Assembly (NCBI GenBank): GCA_018714995.1 | Contig: DVMM01000063.1 | Location: 1-37,755 of the forward strand | From: Candidatus Egerieisoma faecipullorum | GTDB taxonomy: Bacteria; Bacillota; Clostridia; UBA1212; UBA1255 | DNA length: 37,755 nucleotides | Direction: 5' to 3' | Shown here: positions 9,043 to 17,175 of the stretch, in pieces | Layout: each line of letters begins with the position of its first letter | How positions within the stretch are numbered: position 1 is the stretch's first letter | Program-made: the position numbers and the translations under genes | Notes under the pieces: generated by a model | What the model saw: only the letters and a program-made list of their open reading frames with translations | The model's database searches: none | Told to the model about the DNA's origin: nothing

Positions 9043-9062
9043 GACGATTGATCCTGATTGCT

Positions 9063-9091
9063 ATTATAGAAAATCAATATGGAGCCGTCAA
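9063..9091 (-). promoter_or_regulatory. Sigma-A type promoter, TTGACG-17-TATAAT, reading toward the 9042 membrane gene
   Basis: On the minus strand: TTGACG (plus-strand 9086-9091), a 17-nt spacer, then TATAAT (plus-strand 9063-9068). Confidence 0.55.
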
Positions 9092-9134
9092 TGTACAGTT
9101 GGTTTCTATTTTTTTTCTAAATATTGGTTGTTTC

Positions 9135-9893
9135 TTAAAAAGGGGTGCATCCGGCCGGTTCCGCTTCGGACGGGCCTTTGCCCGCCGTGAGCGCCTGCAG
9201 ATATCTGTAGAGGAAGCTCTGCAGCTTCTCCTGGGTTCTTCGAAACAGCTCCGGCGCCTCGTGTCGGCCGGTGAGTTCATTATTTGATATGATTCTGATG
9301 CCGATGACCGGAATGTGGTACAAATGGCAGACCTTGTAGGCCGCGGCGCTTTCCATATCCTCACAGAGCTGACCGAACTGTGCGTGGAGCAGATCGATGC
9401 GGTCCGTTTCTCTGGAAAACAGATCTCCCGAGCCGAGTCTTCCGCGCAGAAGCGTTCCGGCGTAAGGCGTTTGCTCCGCCGCTTGAACCAGCTTCGGATC
9501 TGCCTCCAGCGGGGCGCCTCCTTTCGTTTCCAGCGGGATCCATTCGAGCGCGTTGCTTCCGGCCCCCTTCTCTCTGATTGGAGATTGCATGCTGTTGATG
9601 TAAACGGCCGTTTCTCCGATCACGATGTCGCCGATTTCCAGCGTCCGTATGTGGCCTCCTGCCGTTCCCTGATTGATCAGAGCGTCGGGCTTATATCTTT
9701 CGATCCCAAGCATTGTCGAAATACAGGCGTGAAGGATTCCGACCTGCGTCAGAGAAAGAATGATCTTCGTTTCGTGCAGCCCCGTTTCGTAAAAGGAATA
9801 TCCCTTTTGTTCTGTCCAGCGGCCGCCCGGCAGCATTCGAGCCAGAAGCTCGAGTTCTTCCTGCATGGCGCCCTGCACTAAAATGGTAGACAT
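9135..9893 (-). CDS. mtnN: 5'-methylthioadenosine/S-adenosylhomocysteine nucleosidase (PNP_UDP_1 family)
   Basis: N-terminus ILVQGAMQEELELL, then NQGTAGG, and SGDLF late in the protein. GGAGG RBS. Length and layout fit MtnN/Pfs. Confidence 0.75.
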   Translation of the reverse strand: MSTILVQGAMQEELELLARMLPGGRWTEQKGYSFYETGLHETKIILSLTQVGILHACISTMLGIERYKPDALINQGTAGGHIRTLEIGDIVIGETAVYINSMQSPIREKGAGSNALEWIPLETKGGAPLEADPKLVQAAEQTPYAGTLLRGRLGSGDLFSRETDRIDLLHAQFGQLCEDMESAAAYKVCHLYHIPVIGIRIISNNELTGRHEAPELFRRTQEKLQSFLYRYLQALTAGKGPSEAEPAGCTPF

Positions 9894-9967
9894 ATTCTGC
9901 CCGCCTCCGTTTCAGATTTTATGCATTGTATCATATTTTTCGGCCTTCGGGCAAGCTTCGGAAGAGA

Positions 9968-9996
9968 TTGAATTTTGCGGCGCGGTATGATAAGAT
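9968..9996 (+). promoter_or_regulatory. Candidate sigma-A promoter for iorA (TTGAAT-17-TGaTAAGAT)
   Basis: TTGAAT at 9968-9973, a 17-nt spacer, and TAAGAT at 9991-9996 with an upstream TG. Confidence 0.4.
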
Positions 9997-10038
9997 TCCG
10001 ATATTAAATAGATCCTGCCGCAAAGAGGTTGAATTTAG

Positions 10039-11895
10039 ATGAAACAGAAATTTTTAATGGGAAATGAAGCAATCGGGCTCGGTGCCGTCCATGCGGGCGT
10101 CGATCTCGTGTGCGGATACCCTGGAACGCCGTCCACGGAAATTTTGGAAACGGTAGCAAAAATAAACGACACGCTGCAGCATAAGATATTTGTAGAATGG
10201 TCCGTCAATGAAAAGACTGCCGTAGAAGTGGCGGCCGGCGCCTGCCTGGCCGGCCGGCGCGCGCTTGTGACAATGAAGCAGGTCGGTCTGAATGTTGCCG
10301 CAGACCCGCTGCTGAGTCTGGCCTATGTGGGGATTAAGGGTGGAATGGTCCTTGCTGTAGCCGACGATCCCGGGCCGATTTCCTCTCAGACGGAACAGGA
10401 TACGCGGACCTTTGCCTCCTTCTGCAAAATTCCCGTATTCGACCCGAGCTCTCCGGAAGAAGCTTATGAGCTCGTCCGGGAGGCCTTCCGGTTTTCAGAG
10501 GAATACGGAACGCCAGTGCTGCTGCGGCCGACAACGCGAATCTGCCACGGCTGCGCATCTGTAAAGGTGGAAGACTTTGCGGATGTGGAGCGGCCGCAGG
10601 AGGGCTTTGTAAAAGACACGGCGAAATGGGTGATTTTCCCGAAAACTTCTTATCTGAACCATGCAAGAATCGAAAGAAGAAATGCAGAGCTCGAGGGGAT
10701 CCTCTCAAAACGGCCGTATAACCGCATCGTATCCGTCGGACAAGGCGCGCCGATCGCCGTTGCCGCCGGAGGGATCAGCTATGAATATGTCCGGGAAGCC
10801 GCAGAGCTCCTGCGGGCAGAACCGGGAAACGGAGAAATTTCATTTGAAATTCTTAAAATCACAACACCTTTCCCGTTTCCGGCCGATTTGGCTCGGGAAT
10901 TTCTTGAAAAGCATCCGAAAATTCTGACGGTCGAAGAGCTCGATCCCGTGATAGAACGCGCACTCGTTTATCTGTGCGGCAAATACCATATCGACAGCGA
11001 AGTCCGCGGAAAAATCACCGGCGATCTCCCGTCCGCGGGGGAAAACACCGTATCAGAGATTCTGAAAGCGCTCCGGCAGTTTGCCGGCCTCCCGGCAAAA
11101 CCGGAAGCCTCGGAGGCTTCTGCTCTTTTACCGGAGCTTCCGGTCCGTCCGCCTGTGCTCTGCGCCGGCTGTCCGCACCGCGGATCCTTTTATGCCGTGA
11201 AAAAGGCCGTAAAGGAATTGGGCCGCAGCGCCGTATACAGCGGCGATATCGGCTGCTATACGCTTGGAAATGCGCGTCCCCTGGACATGGTGGACACCTG
11301 CCTTTGCATGGGAGCTGGCGTGACGATGGCGCAGGGCTTGCAGATTGCGGAGCCGGGCGTTCTGCATTTTGCCTTTATTGGGGATTCCACATTTTTTGCC
11401 TCCGGTATTCCGGGCGTAATCAATGCGCTCTATAACCGAACGGATCTTATTCTGATCATACTTGATAATGCTACCACCGCAATGACGGGGCACCAGCCGC
11501 ATCCGGGAACCGGCGTTACAATGATGGGGGAGGTTTCCGAAAAGATCAGCATCGAAAAGCTTTTGCGGGCGGCGGGAGTAGAACGCGTCATAACGGCAGA
11601 TCCGCTGCGGATCAGGGAGGCGGCGGATGCCGTCAAAGAGGTCTGTGCGGGAACGGGAGTGCGTGCCGTGATTTTCCGCTCTCCTTGTATCGCGAAAATC
11701 CGTCCCGCTGCACCTGCCGAAATACGGCAGGACCTCTGCATAAAATGCAAAAGATGCATTACGGAAATCGGATGTCCGGCAATTACGGCAGAGCCCGGCA
11801 GGATTCAAGTCGACAGCACACTCTGTACAGGCTGCGGCCTTTGCACCGGTGTATGTCCCGTAGGTGCGATTGAGACGGGAGGAGACGCAGAATGA
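10039..11895 (+). CDS. iorA: Indolepyruvate:ferredoxin oxidoreductase, alpha subunit
   Basis: N-terminus LMGNEAIGLGAVHAGVDLVCGYPGTPSTEI. TPP-binding region GDSTFF..GHQ. Two C-terminal 4Fe-4S motifs: CIKCKRCITEIGCP and CTGCGLCTGVCP. Confidence 0.9.
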   Translation: MKQKFLMGNEAIGLGAVHAGVDLVCGYPGTPSTEILETVAKINDTLQHKIFVEWSVNEKTAVEVAAGACLAGRRALVTMKQVGLNVAADPLLSLAYVGIKGGMVLAVADDPGPISSQTEQDTRTFASFCKIPVFDPSSPEEAYELVREAFRFSEEYGTPVLLRPTTRICHGCASVKVEDFADVERPQEGFVKDTAKWVIFPKTSYLNHARIERRNAELEGILSKRPYNRIVSVGQGAPIAVAAGGISYEYVREAAELLRAEPGNGEISFEILKITTPFPFPADLAREFLEKHPKILTVEELDPVIERALVYLCGKYHIDSEVRGKITGDLPSAGENTVSEILKALRQFAGLPAKPEASEASALLPELPVRPPVLCAGCPHRGSFYAVKKAVKELGRSAVYSGDIGCYTLGNARPLDMVDTCLCMGAGVTMAQGLQIAEPGVLHFAFIGDSTFFASGIPGVINALYNRTDLILIILDNATTAMTGHQPHPGTGVTMMGEVSEKISIEKLLRAAGVERVITADPLRIREAADAVKEVCAGTGVRAVIFRSPCIAKIRPAAPAEIRQDLCIKCKRCITEIGCPAITAEPGRIQVDSTLCTGCGLCTGVCPVGAIETGGDAE

Positions 11896-12491
11896 CAACG
11901 AATATTTTACTGTGCGGCGTTGGAGGACAGGGAACCGTTCTGGCGTCAAAGCTGATCGCGGAGGCGGCAATGCGCCGGGGCTTTGCGGTGAGGACGGCAG
12001 AAACGATCGGTATGGCGCAAAGAGGCGGCTGCGTTGCGAGCCACGTGCGGATCGGGCATGAAATCCATTCTCCGCTGATTCCGAACGCAAGCGCCGACCT
12101 CATCATCGGCTTTGAGCCTGCGGAAGCGATTCGCGCTCTCCCGTATTTGAAAAAGGATGGCGCGGTGGTTGCCTCGCGCAAAAGGATCCAGCCCGTTACG
12201 GCCGCGCTTGGCGGAAAGGCCGGGGATCCGGAGCAATACGCCGCGTATCTCCGGAAAAACATTGCGGATCTTGTTCTTGTGGATACGGATGACGTCTGCC
12301 GCCGGCTGGGATCCTATAAAATCCTGAATACCATATTGCTTGGCGCCGCCGTACAGGCCGGAAAGCTACCGTTTACGATTAAGGAGCTGGAAGAGGTCAT
12401 CCGAGGCAAGCTCCCGGAAAAATTTCATAATATTAATATAGAGGCGTTAAACGCGTCGGATATGCAGAGGTGTAAAAATGAAAATGAATGA
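11892..12491 (+). CDS. iorB: Indolepyruvate:ferredoxin oxidoreductase, beta subunit
   Basis: ATGA start/stop overlap with iorA. N-terminus NILLCGVGGQGTVLASKLIAEAA. Confidence 0.85.
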   Translation: MTTNILLCGVGGQGTVLASKLIAEAAMRRGFAVRTAETIGMAQRGGCVASHVRIGHEIHSPLIPNASADLIIGFEPAEAIRALPYLKKDGAVVASRKRIQPVTAALGGKAGDPEQYAAYLRKNIADLVLVDTDDVCRRLGSYKILNTILLGAAVQAGKLPFTIKELEEVIRGKLPEKFHNINIEALNASDMQRCKNENE

Positions 12492-13710
12492 AACACAGTT
12501 CCGGATCATCAAGGAGCAGCTTCGAAGGCTTGCCTCTCAGGAGGGCTTTTACCGCGAAAAGCTCAGAGGCTTTGACACGGAGGCCGTCCGGACGCCGGAG
12601 GATTTTGCCAGCGTGCCGTTCACATGGAAGGGCGATCTGCGGGAAGCGTATCCGCTGGGGCTCCAGGCGGTGCCGGACGAACAAATCGTGCGCATCCACT
12701 CTTCGTCGGGCACGACAGGCGTGCCGGTGATCATTCCTTATACAAAGCGCGACGTGGAGGATTGGGCGCTGATGTTCAAGCGCTGCTATGAAACGGCCGG
12801 CGTAACGCCTCTGGATCGGGTCCATATTACTCCAGGCTACGGGCTTTGGACGGCGGGAATCGGATTTCAGGCGGGAGCGGAGCTGCTGGGCGCCATGGCG
12901 ATTCCGATGGGGCCGGGCAATACCGACAAGCAGCTGAAGATGATGATGGATCTGAAATCGACCGTGCTTTGCGCCACGTCTTCTTATGCGCTGCTGCTTG
13001 CGGAGGAAATTGCAAGGCGCGGCATCGGCGACAAAATTTATCTCCGGAAGGCGCTGATCGGCTCCGAGCGATGGGGCGAAAAAATGCGCCGCAGGATTGC
13101 ACGCGAGCTTGGCGTAAAATTATACGATATTTACGGTCTGACAGAAGTTTACGGACCGGGAATCGGCATCAGCTGCGACCACAGCTGCGGCATGCATTAT
13201 TGGGACGATTATTTTTATTTTGAAATCGTAGATCCCAAGACGGGGAAAAACGTTCCTGACGGGGAAATCGGCGAGCTTGTGATTACGACGCTCCGGAAGG
13301 AGGGTGCTCCGCTGATCCGTTATCGGACGCATGATCTGACGCGCTTCCGCACGAGAGAGTGTCCCTGTGGGAGCAGATATCCCAGAATCGATACGATCTT
13401 GGGACGAACCGACGATATGGTCAAAGTAAAAGGCGTCAATATTTTTCCCAGCCAGATCGATGAGATGCTGCTTGGCGTAGAGGGAGCTTCCAGCGAATAC
13501 CAGTTTATGATCGATCACCTAAATGGAAAGGATCTCTGCACGCTGTTCGTCGAGGCGGAGGCCGGCGTCGACCGGGGCCAACTGGAGGAGTCGGTCAGAG
13601 CGGCATTTAAAGCAAAAATCGGCATTTTGGTCAATGTTATGCCGGTAGCGGTCGGCGAGCTTCCGCGCAGTGAAAAGAAATCCACCAGAATTTTCGATAA
13701 CCGCTATTGA
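12478..13710 (+). CDS. paaK: Phenylacetate-CoA ligase family (adenylate-forming)
   Basis: SSGTTGVPV AMP-binding motif, YGLTE, and a PaaK-type C-terminal domain. GAGGTG RBS. Overlaps iorB by 14 nt. Confidence 0.85.
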   Translation: MKMNETQFRIIKEQLRRLASQEGFYREKLRGFDTEAVRTPEDFASVPFTWKGDLREAYPLGLQAVPDEQIVRIHSSSGTTGVPVIIPYTKRDVEDWALMFKRCYETAGVTPLDRVHITPGYGLWTAGIGFQAGAELLGAMAIPMGPGNTDKQLKMMMDLKSTVLCATSSYALLLAEEIARRGIGDKIYLRKALIGSERWGEKMRRRIARELGVKLYDIYGLTEVYGPGIGISCDHSCGMHYWDDYFYFEIVDPKTGKNVPDGEIGELVITTLRKEGAPLIRYRTHDLTRFRTRECPCGSRYPRIDTILGRTDDMVKVKGVNIFPSQIDEMLLGVEGASSEYQFMIDHLNGKDLCTLFVEAEAGVDRGQLEESVRAAFKAKIGILVNVMPVAVGELPRSEKKSTRIFDNRY

Positions 13711-13729
13711 AGCAGAATGAGAGGAACCG

Positions 13730-14458
13730 ATGAAACGTGCGTGTTTTTTAAAAACGCTGTGCAAAATACTCGCCTGCGGGACGCTGCTGCTCACCATTGG
13801 GGTGTTTTTGGAACGCAGCAGAAAGTATTATGTGGGTTCTGAATCCGGCGGTGCGCGGAAGCTCGTCTGCGCTTCTCTGGAAGAGGCGAAAGAGCTGGCC
13901 GACCGGAACGCCGTGTACGGCTGGAGCGTCTTTGATTTCAGCGGCAGCGTTGTTTATACGACGTATTCGCCCCTGGCCGCCGATATTTTGCGGGAGGCCA
14001 AAAAAATAACGGATTATGTGCGGGAAGCGGAGTTTACCTACGGCGATGCGCCGATTAATCCGGCGATCGACTGCAGCGCCAAAAAGGTCAGCTGCGACAG
14101 ACTCGTCGGATGGGTGATGTATAACGTCGGCTTTACGGATCAGCCGGAACAGAGCGGTCTTTTCGTATACGCAGGTGGAGATCCGCGGGATCTGCCTTCT
14201 TGGTGCGAGCGTCACGGATTCATAAAAATCACGGAGGTATCGGAGCTTCTGCCGGGCGATATCGTCTTCGTCCATCCGCAAAAGACGGCGTCCGGCACCG
14301 TATACGCGGGGCATACTTTTATTCATGCCGGAGCGGGCGAAACCAGCGGAGAATATTACCGCTATGACTGCGGCACGAATGAACGCATCAGAAGCGTTCA
14401 GCCGTCCAGCGAGCCGATCGTGAATTTTATGTATGCCTATAGGCCGGTGCGCGGATGA
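13730..14458 (+). CDS. Secreted/membrane-anchored hypothetical protein with a possible NlpC/P60-like (papain-fold) catalytic pair
   Basis: N-terminal hydrophobic segment ILACGTLLLTIGVFL. VSCDRLVGWVMYNVG is a candidate Cys nucleophile. GDIVFV..YAGHTFIHAG is a candidate His strand. Confidence 0.45.
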   Translation: MKRACFLKTLCKILACGTLLLTIGVFLERSRKYYVGSESGGARKLVCASLEEAKELADRNAVYGWSVFDFSGSVVYTTYSPLAADILREAKKITDYVREAEFTYGDAPINPAIDCSAKKVSCDRLVGWVMYNVGFTDQPEQSGLFVYAGGDPRDLPSWCERHGFIKITEVSELLPGDIVFVHPQKTASGTVYAGHTFIHAGAGETSGEYYRYDCGTNERIRSVQPSSEPIVNFMYAYRPVRG

Positions 14459-14466
14459 CCGCTTGC

Positions 14467-14495
14467 TTGACAGCCAGACGGAAGTGTGCTACTAT
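14467..14495 (+). promoter_or_regulatory. Sigma-A promoter for rpsO (TTGACA-17-TGcTACTAT)
   Basis: TTGACA at 14467-14472, a 17-nt spacer, and TACTAT at 14490-14495 with an extended TG. Confidence 0.55.
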
Positions 14496-14579
14496 ATCTG
14501 GCGATACCGCTTTCGCGGAAGCAGGAAACTCCAACCGCTCCCATGATTGCGGCGATTTCGGAAATAAAGGAGATTTGTT

Positions 14580-14843
14580 ATGACAAAAGAAAGAAAACAG
14601 GAAATCATTGCGGCGTACGGGCTGCACGAGGGCGATACGGGTTCTCCGGAGGTACAGGTTGCGCTGCTTACGGAACGCATCAACCATCTGAACGAACATT
14701 TGAAGACGCACAAGAAAGATCACCATTCCAGAAGAGGCCTTCTGATGATGGTCGGACAGAGAAGGGGACTGCTGAACTATCTGATCAAAATTGACGTCGA
14801 AAGATACCGCGTTCTGATAGAAAAGCTCGGACTCAGAAAGTAA
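14580..14843 (+). CDS. rpsO: 30S ribosomal protein S15
   Basis: 87 aa; [35 protein letters not shown] is the canonical S15 sequence. AAAGGAG RBS. Confidence 0.97.
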   Translation: MTKERKQEIIAAYGLHEGDTGSPEVQVALLTERINHLNEHLKTHKKDHHSRRGLLMMVGQRRGLLNYLIKIDVERYRVLIEKLGLRK

Positions 14844-14855
14844 TCGGGATCACAG

Positions 14856-14891
14856 GCGGAAGCCTTGCAGAAGCAAGGATTCCGCTTTTTT
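14856..14891 (+). terminator. Rho-independent terminator/attenuator after rpsO
   Basis: A 13-position stem (GCGGAAGCCTTGC / GCAAGGATTCCGC, one mismatch) with an AGAA loop, followed by TTTTTT. Confidence 0.7.
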
Positions 14892-15015
14892 ACAGAATTT
14901 ATTTACCGAGACAGCGCAGGTAGAGCGTAGATTGTACGTTAACGGACGGAATTTCCGGCGATTAGCGCAGAATCTACAAGCTACCGCCTGTCCGGGAAAA
15001 TTGAAAGGAGAAATT

Positions 15016-17097
15016 ATGTTTAAAACTTATTCAATGTTGCTGGCAGGCAGGCCGCTGACCGTCGAGACGGGCAAAATGGCCCTTCTTGCGAACGGCTCGG
15101 CGCTCGTGCGTTATGGGGACACGGTTGTAATTTCTACGGCTACGGCCTCCAAGGAACCCAGAGAAGGAATCGATTTTTTCCCGCTCAGCGTGGATTACGA
15201 GGAAAAATTATATTCCGTAGGGAAGATTCCCGGCGGCTTTATTAAGAGAGAGGGGAAACCTTCGGAAAAGGCAATTCTGACATCGCGCGTCATCGACCGG
15301 CCGATTCGCCCCCTGTTCCCGAAGGATCTTCGCAACGATGTGGTGATTATCAACACCGTGCTGTCGGTGGATCAGGATAATTCGCCGGAGATCGCGGCAA
15401 TGATCGGCACGTCCGTTGCGCTGTGCATCTCCGATATTCCGTTCGGAGGACCGATCGGCGGCATTGTGCTCGGCCTTGTGGACGGCGAGGTTGTCGTTAA
15501 TCCGACGGAAGCGCAGCGGGCAAAAAGCGAAATGTACGTGACGCTCGCGGGCACAAAAGAGAAAATCACGATGATCGAGGCAGGCGCGAAGGAAGTACCG
15601 GAAGACGTCATGCTTGGCGCGATCATTAAAGGACACGGAACGATTCGGAAAATCTGCGACTTCATCAGTGGGATCGCCGCAGAAATCGGCAAGCCGAAAT
15701 TTCAATATCAGTCGTGCGAGGTTCCGCATGAGCTGTACGAGGACGTAGAAAAAATCGCGCTGGAAGAAATGCGCAGCGCTGTTCTTGCAACGGACAAAAC
15801 CGTACGCGACAACAACATCGACGCTCTGACGGCAAAGGTCAAGGAAGCGCTTGCCGAAAAATATCCGGAAGCGGACGCGCAGATCGGAGAGGCGCTGTAT
15901 AAGCTGGAGAAAAGCGTGGTAAGAAACTATCTGCTGAAAGAGCACCGGCGCGTGGACGGGAGAGGCCTGGAAGAGATCCGCCCGCTCAGCGCAGAGGTAG
16001 GCCTTCTGCCGAGAACGCACGGCTCGGGACTGTTCCGCAGAGGACAGACGCAGGTTCTGACGGTGGCAACACTCGGCCCGATGTCTGACATTCAGATGCT
16101 GGACGGCATTGACAACGAAGAAACGAAACGCTACATGCATCACTATAATTTCCCCTCCTACAGCGTAGGAGAAGCGCGTACCTCCAGAGGCCCGGGACGG
16201 CGGGAAATCGGACACGGCGCGCTGGCGGAACGGGCGCTCGAGCCGGTGATTCCTTCGGAAGAGGAATTTCCGTATGCCCTTCGCCTTGTTTCCGAAGTCC
16301 TGATGTCCAATGGCTCCACCTCACAGGGAAGCGTCTGCGGCTCCACGCTGGCGCTGATGGACGCGGGCGTACCGATTAAACGTCCCGTTGCAGGAATTTC
16401 CGCGGGACTCGTAACAAATCCTGAGGACGAAGACGATTTCATTACCTTTATGGATATTCAGGGCATCGAAGACTTCTTCGGAGATATGGACTTTAAGGTT
16501 GCGGGCACGGAGAAGGGAATCACGGCGATTCAGGTTGACATCAAGGTAAAAGGGCTCTCTTACGAGGTGATCCGCCAGGCGTTCGAGCTGACGCGCAAGG
16601 GCAGACTGCAGATTATTAACGATATTATCTTGCCCTGCATCGACAAGCCGCGGGCAACCGTTTCGAAATACGCGCCGAAGATGTTCCAGATGAAGATCGA
16701 TCCGGATAAGATCCGCGAGGTCATCGGAACGGGCGGAAAGGTCATCAACCGGATTGTCCAGGAAACAAACGTCAAGATCGACATTAATGACGACGGCTCG
16801 ATTTATATTGCGGCAGTGGATGCGGAAAATGCGGATAAGGCGATGAAGATCATAAACGGCATCGTCGGAGAGCTTGAAGTCGGAAGCGTCTTTGAAGGCA
16901 AGGTCACGAAAACGCTCCAGTTCGGCGCGTTCGTTGAGTTCCTGCCCGGCAAGGAGGGGCTTGTGCATATTTCCAAAATGGCGAAGCACCGCGTGGAAAA
17001 CGTAGAAGACGTCGTAAAGGTCGGAGACGTCGTGAAGGTGAAGTTTATCGGCCTCGACAAGCAGGGGAGAATCGACCTGTCCATTAAGGACGTATAA
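15016..17097 (+). CDS. pnp: Polyribonucleotide nucleotidyltransferase (PNPase)
   Basis: AAAGGAG RBS before the ATG at 15016; the track ORF from 14932 overlaps the leader. Two RNase PH domains, then KH (IGTGGKVI) and S1 (GKVTKTLQFGAFVEF) domains. Confidence 0.95.
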   Translation: MFKTYSMLLAGRPLTVETGKMALLANGSALVRYGDTVVISTATASKEPREGIDFFPLSVDYEEKLYSVGKIPGGFIKREGKPSEKAILTSRVIDRPIRPLFPKDLRNDVVIINTVLSVDQDNSPEIAAMIGTSVALCISDIPFGGPIGGIVLGLVDGEVVVNPTEAQRAKSEMYVTLAGTKEKITMIEAGAKEVPEDVMLGAIIKGHGTIRKICDFISGIAAEIGKPKFQYQSCEVPHELYEDVEKIALEEMRSAVLATDKTVRDNNIDALTAKVKEALAEKYPEADAQIGEALYKLEKSVVRNYLLKEHRRVDGRGLEEIRPLSAEVGLLPRTHGSGLFRRGQTQVLTVATLGPMSDIQMLDGIDNEETKRYMHHYNFPSYSVGEARTSRGPGRREIGHGALAERALEPVIPSEEEFPYALRLVSEVLMSNGSTSQGSVCGSTLALMDAGVPIKRPVAGISAGLVTNPEDEDDFITFMDIQGIEDFFGDMDFKVAGTEKGITAIQVDIKVKGLSYEVIRQAFELTRKGRLQIINDIILPCIDKPRATVSKYAPKMFQMKIDPDKIREVIGTGGKVINRIVQETNVKIDINDDGSIYIAAVDAENADKAMKIINGIVGELEVGSVFEGKVTKTLQFGAFVEFLPGKEGLVHISKMAKHRVENVEDVVKVGDVVKVKFIGLDKQGRIDLSIKDV

Positions 17098-17118
17098 AAG
17101 AAACATTTATCGGAAAAG

Positions 17119-17160
17119 AACGCCGCATGCCTGCCGGAAAACGGAGCATGCGGCGTTTTC
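17119..17160. terminator. Bidirectional intrinsic terminator between the convergent pnp and GH78 genes
   Basis: A perfect 12-bp stem (AACGCCGCATGC 17119-17130 / GCATGCGGCGTT 17146-17157) flanked by a T run on each strand. Confidence 0.65.
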
Positions 17161-17175
17161 AATATTCTCTCTTTT

